64,000 nucleotides of DNA from an uncultured virus (IMG/VR IMGVR_UViG_3300021431_000011) (taxonomy: Duplodnaviria > Heunggongvirae > Uroviricota > Caudoviricetes). The notes below the pieces were generated by a model. It was not told where the DNA came from, ran no database searches, and saw only the letters and a program-made list of their open reading frames with translations. The position numbers and the translations under genes were made by a program. Where the stretch lies: the IMG/VR virus record IMGVR_UViG_3300021431_000011. One strand, given 5' to 3'. Below are positions 57,319-64,000 of the stretch, piece after piece (position 1 is the stretch's first letter; each line of letters begins with the position of its first letter).

Positions 57319-57759
57319 ATGCTTAAGAAAACTATTACCTATGAAAATTATAACGGTGATACAGTTACTGACGATTTCTATTTTAACCTAACTAAAGTCG
57401 AATGTATGGAGTTAGAGTATAGTTTTGGCGCGAATAATACGTTGTCTAATACTATTACAACATTAGTCGAATCGAAAGATATTGGCGCACTTATTGCGGC
57501 AATTAAGAAAATTCTACTGATGTCTTATGGTGTAAAAACTCCAGATGGAAACCGTTTCATTAAGAATGACTCTGTTCGAGAAGAGTTCGAGCAGTCGCCT
57601 GCTTTTGAGAAAATTTATTGGGATTTGGTTACGAATCAGGACGAGGCCGCAAGTTTTATTAGTGGCATTGTTCCGCAAAACGTTCGCGATAGTCTTGGGG
57701 AGGATCCTAAGCAGGTGCTTCTTGATCGAATGCAGCAGTCTTTAAATGAGACCAAGTAA
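57319..57759 (+). CDS. Tail assembly chaperone
   Basis: MLKKTITY..YNG....DFYFNL; follows the major tail gene. Confidence 0.75.
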   Translation: MLKKTITYENYNGDTVTDDFYFNLTKVECMELEYSFGANNTLSNTITTLVESKDIGALIAAIKKILLMSYGVKTPDGNRFIKNDSVREEFEQSPAFEKIYWDLVTNQDEAASFISGIVPQNVRDSLGEDPKQVLLDRMQQSLNETK

Positions 57760-57781
57760 GTATTAATTATGGGAGGAGAGA

Positions 57782-58318
57782 ATGCTTCAAATTATTGTTC
57801 CTGGACGAGAATTATTTGATGAGGACACACTAACGTTTACTCAAACTTCTGATACTTGTCTAAAATTGGAGCATTCTCTCCTTTCCATTTCAAAATGGGA
57901 GTCAAAGTGGTGCAAACCATTTTTGGGACGGGAATCGCATAGTCCAACTGAGATGCTCGATTACATAAGATGCATGACATTGAATTCTGTTCCGAAAGAA
58001 GTTTACAATGCTTTGACTGAAGAAAACATGCGGGCTATATCTGACTATATAAATAGTCCGATGAGTGCTAGTAAAGTGTATACATCAGCACCTAATACTG
58101 GTAAGAAAGAAACTGTTACCTCCGAATTGATTTATTATTGGATGGTAACATATCAGATACCATTCGAATGCGAAAAGTGGCACATTAATCGTTTACTCAT
58201 GCTCATTCAAATTTGTAATGCTAAAAACAATACTAAGAAAATGAGTAGACAGGAAATATTAGCACAAAATAGAGCTCTGAACAAGGCTAGACGTAAAGCT
58301 CTTCATACGAAAGGTTAG
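57782..58318 (+). CDS. Tail assembly chaperone 2
   Basis: LEHSL.SISKWE, TSELIYYWM, WHINRL. Confidence 0.7.
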   Translation: MLQIIVPGRELFDEDTLTFTQTSDTCLKLEHSLLSISKWESKWCKPFLGRESHSPTEMLDYIRCMTLNSVPKEVYNALTEENMRAISDYINSPMSASKVYTSAPNTGKKETVTSELIYYWMVTYQIPFECEKWHINRLLMLIQICNAKNNTKKMSRQEILAQNRALNKARRKALHTKG

Positions 58319-58325
58319 TTTTGGT

Positions 58326-58706
58326 ATGATTAGAATTACTACTAAAGGCGATTTTAAAAACACCGAAGCATACCTAAACAAGTTAAAAGATACTAATCGC
58401 ATAATTGGTATTTTAAATAAGTATGGTGAACGCGGAGTTGAGCTATTGCGAATAGCTACGCCTGTAGATAGTGGACAAACGGCTTCTTCTTGGGGGTACG
58501 AAATCGTTTCGAATGGCGATGAACATTCCATACAATTTACTAATAGCAACGTTAATCGTGGTGTTAATATTGCTATAATTTTGCAGTATGGACATGGAAC
58601 TCGCAATGGCGGTTATGTCCAAGGTCGAGATTATATCAATCCAGCAATTCGTCAGGCATTTGATGAAATGCGCGATGAATTAATTAGGGAGGTTCAGCGT
58701 ATATGA
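58326..58706 (+). CDS. HK97 gp10-like tail/neck component
   Basis: TPVDSG.TA.SW, YGHGT, YINPA. Confidence 0.75.
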   Translation: MIRITTKGDFKNTEAYLNKLKDTNRIIGILNKYGERGVELLRIATPVDSGQTASSWGYEIVSNGDEHSIQFTNSNVNRGVNIAIILQYGHGTRNGGYVQGRDYINPAIRQAFDEMRDELIREVQRI

Positions 58707-61700
58707 GCGGTGTTATTGATACTAATGTTGTTAAGATGGTGTTTGAAAGCGCCGGCTTTGTGCAAAACGCTGAAAGCACTCTGTCTATACTGGATAGATT
58801 AAAGGGCGCTTTAAATTTTAAAGGCGCTGTTCAAGGATTAGAGAATATTGGTGCCAATGTTAAAAATATTGGCATGGATGGTCTTTATACAGGTGTTTAT
58901 AAAGTACAAGACAGTTTTAATGTTTTAGATGTTGTAGCTACTCGAGTTATTCAAAATATTACAGATCGTGTTCAAGGAGCAGTTCATCAATTAGCAACTG
59001 CCGCTATTACTAAGCCGCTTAAAGATGGTTTTGACGAATATCAAATGCAAATGGATTCCGTTCAGACGATTACCGCAAGTACTGGAGAATCTATTGCAAC
59101 GGTTAATGGATATTTGGATAAACTAAACGAGTATGCTGATAAAACTATATATTCATTTTCTGACATGACTTCTAATATTGGTAAATTTACCAATGCTGGT
59201 GTAAAATTAGATAGAGCTGTTGCTGCAATTCAGGGTATTAGTAATGTTGCTGCTGTTTCTGGTGCTAATACTAATGAAGCATCTCGAGCAATGTATAACT
59301 TTGCTCAGGCTTTATCAGCTGGATCAGTAAAATTAATTGACTGGAAATCTATCGAGAATGCCAACATGGCTACGGTAGAATTTAAAAACCAGTTAATTGA
59401 GACAGCTGTTGCGATGGGTACCCTTACAAAAAAGGGTGATGAATACGTTTCTACGACTAAAAACGCAAATGGTAAAACGTCTGAAGCATTTACTGCTACA
59501 AAAAACTTTAACGATTCTCTTCAATCACAATGGATGACAGAAGAAGTTCTTGTTCAAACTCTCGAGCAATATTCTACTGACGTCCGAGAAATGACTGCTG
59601 AAGAAGAAAAAGCATATCGTGCTAAATTAATGAGTATCTATGGTGATGAGAAAAAAGTTGATTCAATTATTGAGTTGGCTAAGAAAGCAGCCAACGCTGC
59701 AAAAGACGTTAAAACATTCCGTCAGCTTATAGATACTTTGAAGGAATCTTTAGGTTCCGGCTGGACTAAAACTTGGCAGTATATTTTCGGTGATTTAAAT
59801 GAAGCCAAAGCATTATGGACTGGCATAAATAATGTTTTAAGCGGTTTTATTGATAAAGTATCTGATTCCAGAAATGCTATGCTTGAGACGTGGCATAAAT
59901 CTGGTTATACTCTTAATAAGTACGGCGAAGTAATAAAAGCATACTATGATTCTGAGGGTAAACTAGTAGATAAATTACCTGAAAATGGTAAGTTATTTGA
60001 CAAACATGGTAAAGAAGTTAAAGCTGTTGTAGATGAAGAGACCAAAGAGATAGTTCCCGAATTAATTAAGAATGGTAAAATGATTCGGGAAGAAATGGGC
60101 GGTAGAGATTTTCTCATTGAGGGATTAAAAAACGATTACAATGTGTTTGCAACGGTTGCTAAGCAATTCACTAAATCATTAGATAAAAACTTTTTCGGCG
60201 ATGGCAAACAGTTACGTAATATTTCTATTACTGGGCAGACTCTTATTAGTCTTAGCGAAGCTTTTTATGATAGTAGTATAGCATTTAATGATGCTTGGAC
60301 TAAAATGAAAAAGGGTAAGCCGCAGGGATTGCTGAAAGAGCTTAGAGATAGTTTTGACTTCTTTACCACATCTTTACGAACGGGCGTTGAATCCGTTTCT
60401 GACATATTTTCTGGATTAGGTAATATTTTTAAAGCTTTTAAGTTATCGGACTTTTTCAATATTGGAACTCTTGATAGCATTATTACCTACTTTTCAAGTT
60501 TTGTTGGAGTATTAGATCGCTTTGGAGAAGCATTTAAAGAGAATTTTGGAAATGATGCGCTTGGACTCAATAAAAGCGGATTAATAACATTCTTTAATGC
60601 GATAGTCGATACTTTAGAGTCAAAAGCGTTTATTAAATTAGATTTAATGCTGGGCATTTTTGATGCATTAGGTTCAGTTCTTCAACACATAATTGCTCCT
60701 TTCGGGACATTTTCTCAGATTTTGGGAAATGTTAGCTCAAAATGGATTGATTTTGTTGATGCTGTTGAAAATGTATTTTATAACGAGGACGAATCTAAAT
60801 TTGAAAGTCTTTTTAAGACTTTAGCAGACAGCCTTAATCAATTTATTAATACTCTTAAAGATAAAGTTGATTTTTCTGCTTTTTCGGATCTGTTTGATTC
60901 GATAATAAAGATGATAAACAATAACGATACTACTATATTTGGAATTATTGCTGATTCTATAACTAGTATAACAAATGTCATAAAAACTTTTCTAGGCATT
61001 GCTTCACCATTGACGGCAGCACTTGCGAAAATACTTGGGCCATTTTTAGGAGATGCTGTACGTTGGATTGGTGATCTTGCTGCTCGATTTGAAGATTTTA
61101 CAGCTTCTTTAGTTCCAAATAGTAAAGTAATTAAAAGCTTGCAAACGCTATTCGAAGGTATTTTTAGCGTTTTAAGCTCTGTTGCAAATTTGATTGGCGA
61201 TGTTGTTATCGGTGCTTGGGATGCTTTAGGGTCTATATTTAAAGACATACTTCCTACCGATATGGCGCTTAGTGATACTCTTACCGGAGTTGGCAATACT
61301 CTTAAAAACGTGTCTAAAATAATAGATACGTTTGTCAGTGGTGATGGTGCACCAAAGCTATCTGACGTCATTAAAAAAATGGGCGAAAGATTTGGCGATT
61401 TGTTAAAAACAATCGGCAATATTAATCCGCTCGAAAAATTACGTGACGTTTTTGTTAAATTGGGTGATGGCATTAAGCATGCTCTTGGCGGAAGCAAGGA
61501 CATGAGCCTTCTCGATACCATAACTGAAAAGATAAAGAAGTTTTTACAGGCATTTAAGGATATGATTTCTGATAGTAATGGTAACTTAGATGCAGTAAAG
61601 TTATTTGAAGCTGGCGGAATAGGTTACGGTATAAAGAAACTTATCGATCTTTTCAAAGAACTTAAAAGCGGCACTGGTAATTTAAAGGGCGTCCTTACTA

Positions 61701-64000
61701 TTATTAGCGATTTTAAGAAAATTCTTGAAGATTTCGTCGAATCACTTGGCGATAAATTCAAAGCTGAAGTTATTAAAGCTGTCGGTGTCGCGATGCTTGA
61801 AGTTGCTGGCGCCATGTTTATTTTGTCTATGATAGATTCTAGTGCATTAGCAAAATCTATTGCAGCAATGATGACGATTTTTAGAGAAATTGAACGAATT
61901 CTCGTAATTCTAAGCTCTTTAGATAAAGGTAAGGTTGCCGCTGGAGCAGCTGCAATAGGAGCAATGGGTACTGCTATACTCGAATTATCTGCGGCTATTG
62001 CCATTCTTGGTGGTATGGAGCTTGGCTCTATGGTACAAGGATTGGTAGGCGTAAGTATATTATTAGGAGAGCTTACCGCGGTTGCTTATGCATTTTCTAA
62101 GTTCGATAATGATTTAGCAAAGGGCGCTGCTGGATTAGTTTTGTTAGCATTTGCTCTTGATTTATTGGTTATTCCAGTTAAATCGTTTAGTAAACTTTCT
62201 TGGGAAAATTTGATAAAAGGTTTACTGGGTGTAACCGTGTTGTTAGGTGGATTAGTAGTCGCGGTCGATAAAATGGCCGATAAAACTGAAAACATGGTTA
62301 AAGCTGGTATTGGCATATTACTCATATCAAAGGGTGTTGGAATACTTGCTAAAGCAGTTGTTGCAATAAGCGGACTTTCTTGGGAAGGATTATCGAAGGG
62401 CTTAGCAGTTTTCGCGGTTTCATTAGTTGCTATGGTTAAAGCAGCACAGGTTATATCTGATGGCAATCTTGCACCATCTTTGTTAGCTCTTGGCGGAGCC
62501 ATGATGATGCTCGGAGTCGCGATGAATTTTCTTGCTGCTGCTGGCATAGTGATGATGGCAGTATCGTGGGAAAGTTTAGGCAAGATGGCTGTTGTTCTCG
62601 CCGGTGCTTTAATTATGCTGGGAACAGCTTCATATTTGATAAACGGTCCAAATTTATTAATGGTCGCTGGAGCAATAGCACTAGTGGCTACCGCATTTCT
62701 TGAGCTTAATGCTGCTGTTGGTATTGCGAAAATTGTCGGACCACTATGCACATCTATTGGGTTAGCTATTGAGGGTATGAGCTCTTCACTACAGTCTTTT
62801 GCCAGAAGTGAAGCGGCAAATGCTTTCCTATCATTCTTAGAGAATGCTATATTATTCCTTCCGAAGCTAGCCGTTGGTTTGGCAAAAGCGATAATTGCAC
62901 TGATCGTCGAACTTGGTAATGGAATTGCACAAATCGTTAGTTCCATTGTCAAAATAGGCAAAGCAATCCTAGTCGGCATTGCTACCTTGATATCTGAAAC
63001 TAGCGGTCTTATCATAAAGACCATTGTGCAATTGGGTAAAGACATACTTCAGGGAATCAGTGCATTACTTCCCGACATATTTAATCTTATTGCACAGGCT
63101 CTTAGTCAAATACTTATATTCTTAGTCACAATGACGCCTCGAATAGCTGCGGCAGCATTAGTAATGCTCGAGCAATTTATGGCAATAATGACTACGCATA
63201 TACCAGTTATTGCAAATCTTGGTATGGAAATGGTAATTGCATTTATTAATGGTTTGGCAAATGCAATTGATACTAACAGCGAGGCTCTTCTTGCTGCGGT
63301 GCAACACCTTATTACATCATTAGTCATGTTCTTGCTCAATTCTGCGGGAATGTTGTTTGAAACAGCCGGAACATTAATATCCACATTTATATCTGGTATA
63401 TTTGCTCAATCTGGTTCTGTTTCTGGTAGTGGTTCTTCGATTGTAGCATCATTAGTCAGAGCACTACTTGGCGGTGCTGGTAAGGTTATGTCTTCGGCAT
63501 TCTCACTTATGGGTAACTTTGTAAAATCTATAGTGCAGCGAATACCACAAGTTGCGTCAGCTGCAGGACAGATGATTTCAAGATTTGTATCCGGAATAGC
63601 AGCAAAAGCAGGCAGTGTTATTTCTGCTGGAGCGAATCTAATCAGTAAGGTTAAAGCTGGTATATCAAGAGGCATCGGTTCCTTATACAGTTCTGGAGTA
63701 AATGCAATACAAGGCTTTATTAATGGTATGACTAGTAAAGCTGGTGCGATTTGGAGTACGGCTGCATCGCTAGCCCAAAGTGCATGGAATGCTGTTAGAA
63801 AAAAGCTCAAAGAGCATTCACCGTCTCGAGTAATGTTTGCAAGTGGTGTTAACTTTGCTCAGGGTTTTATTAATGGTTCTCAATCAAAGAATTCGGACAT
63901 AGATAAGAATTCGAAAGCTCTAGTTGATACAGCAATGCATGCTTTCGATAAAGCTAATTCTACCGAGCATGAATTTAGCATTACTCCAGTTATTGATGAC
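58703..64000 (+). CDS. Tape measure protein (runs off the window)
   Basis: ATGA-coupled ORF MSGVIDTNVVKMVFE...LNEYADKTIYSF..M; long Ala/Gly/Ile-rich helical sequence; missing from the ORF track because it has no stop in the window. Confidence 0.9.
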   Translation, partial: MSGVIDTNVVKMVFESAGFVQNAESTLSILDRLKGALNFKGAVQGLENIGANVKNIGMDGLYTGVYKVQDSFNVLDVVATRVIQNITDRVQGAVHQLATAAITKPLKDGFDEYQMQMDSVQTITASTGESIATVNGYLDKLNEYADKTIYSFSDMTSNIGKFTNAGVKLDRAVAAIQGISNVAAVSGANTNEASRAMYNFAQALSAGSVKLIDWKSIENANMATVEFKNQLIETAVAMGTLTKKGDEYVSTTKNANGKTSEAFTATKNFNDSLQSQWMTEEVLVQTLEQYSTDVREMTAEEEKAYRAKLMSIYGDEKKVDSIIELAKKAANAAKDVKTFRQLIDTLKESLGSGWTKTWQYIFGDLNEAKALWTGINNVLSGFIDKVSDSRNAMLETWHKSGYTLNKYGEVIKAYYDSEGKLVDKLPENGKLFDKHGKEVKAVVDEETKEIVPELIKNGKMIREEMGGRDFLIEGLKNDYNVFATVAKQFTKSLDKNFFGDGKQLRNISITGQTLISLSEAFYDSSIAFNDAWTKMKKGKPQGLLKELRDSFDFFTTSLRTGVESVSDIFSGLGNIFKAFKLSDFFNIGTLDSIITYFSSFVGVLDRFGEAFKENFGNDALGLNKSGLITFFNAIVDTLESKAFIKLDLMLGIFDALGSVLQHIIAPFGTFSQILGNVSSKWIDFVDAVENVFYNEDESKFESLFKTLADSLNQFINTLKDKVDFSAFSDLFDSIIKMINNNDTTIFGIIADSITSITNVIKTFLGIASPLTAALAKILGPFLGDAVRWIGDLAARFEDFTASLVPNSKVIKSLQTLFEGIFSVLSSVANLIGDVVIGAWDALGSIFKDILPTDMALSDTLTGVGNTLKNVSKIIDTFVSGDGAPKLSDVIKKMGERFGDLLKTIGNINPLEKLRDVFVKLGDGIKHALGGSKDMSLLDTITEKIKKFLQAFKDMISDSNGNLDAVKLFEAGGIGYGIKKLIDLFKELKSGTGNLKGVLTIISDFKKILEDFVESLGDKFKAEVIKAVGVAMLEVAGAMFILSMIDSSALAKSIAAMMTIFREIERILVILSSLDKGKVAAGAAAIGAMGTAILELSAAIAILGGMELGSMVQGLVGVSILLGELTAVAYAFSKFDNDLAKGAAGLVLLAFALDLLVIPVKSFSKLSWENLIKGLLGVTVLLGGLVVAVDKMADKTENMVKAGIGILLISKGVGILAKAVVAISGLSWEGLSKGLAVFAVSLVAMVKAAQVISDGNLAPSLLALGGAMMMLGVAMNFLAAAGIVMMAVSWESLGKMAVVLAGALIMLGTASYLINGPNLLMVAGAIALVATAFLELNAAVGIAKIVGPLCTSIGLAIEGMSSSLQSFARSEAANAFLSFLENAILFLPKLAVGLAKAIIALIVELGNGIAQIVSSIVKIGKAILVGIATLISETSGLIIKTIVQLGKDILQGISALLPDIFNLIAQALSQILIFLVTMTPRIAAAALVMLEQFMAIMTTHIPVIANLGMEMVIAFINGLANAIDTNSEALLAAVQHLITSLVMFLLNSAGMLFETAGTLISTFISGIFAQSGSVSGSGSSIVASLVRALLGGAGKVMSSAFSLMGNFVKSIVQRIPQVASAAGQMISRFVSGIAAKAGSVISAGANLISKVKAGISRGIGSLYSSGVNAIQGFINGMTSKAGAIWSTAASLAQSAWNAVRKKLKEHSPSRVMFASGVNFAQGFINGSQSKNSDIDKNSKALVDTAMHAFDKANSTEHEFSITPVIDD

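Noticed and set aside
57319..58318. Programmed frameshift between the tail chaperones
   Set aside because: No clear slippery site was seen, and the second gene has its own GGAGG RBS
36546..58706. Stop-codon reassignment or a diversity-generating retroelement
   Set aside because: Long core genes are intact under the standard code, there is no suppressor tRNA, and no reverse transcriptase motif was seen
49224..63810. Long minus-strand ORFs (49224, 53807, 54743, 60838, 62086 and others)
   Set aside because: Antisense shadows of codon-biased structural genes, with no RBS or recognisable motifs

Overview
This is about 64 kb of an AT-rich, apparently lytic siphovirus genome read through its circularised ends. 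Nearly all genes are on the + strand, and I saw no integrase. The order is: 3' end of a Dp-1-type holin; an accessory/early region (1-36 kb) of small ORFs, five tRNAs, structured non-coding RNAs, ThyX, MazG-like, kinase and candidate anti-defence genes; a replication module (origin-like repeats, helicase-primase-PolB fusion, SSB, SF2 helicase, VRR-NUC, Cas4-like nuclease); a 920-aa DFDGD-type single-chain RNA polymerase; an iteron-rich end region with a probable cos site (~47243); then terminase, portal, protease-capsid fusion, tail genes and a tape-measure gene running off the window. The layout resembles actinobacteriophage groups such as AU/BI/DJ and related gut phages (recalled, not searched). 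The most interesting signal is a set of features that appear to work together. (i) A 24-bp promoter-like motif (CG-N8-AC-N6-TWWWWT) occurs about 25 times, with an inferred start directly after it, which is not sigma70 geometry. (ii) Many of these transcription units begin with a sequence complementary to their own 3' end (panhandles), including tRNA mimics without a usable anticodon. (iii) An HHGIKGMxWG tag preceded by a hydrophobic-x-His site is shared by 7 variable proteins, with a variant on the RNA polymerase; the same His site is repeated in the capsid and portal precursors. Together these suggest a capsid-loading and processing system that delivers the polymerase and effectors. All family names are from motif recognition, not database searches.
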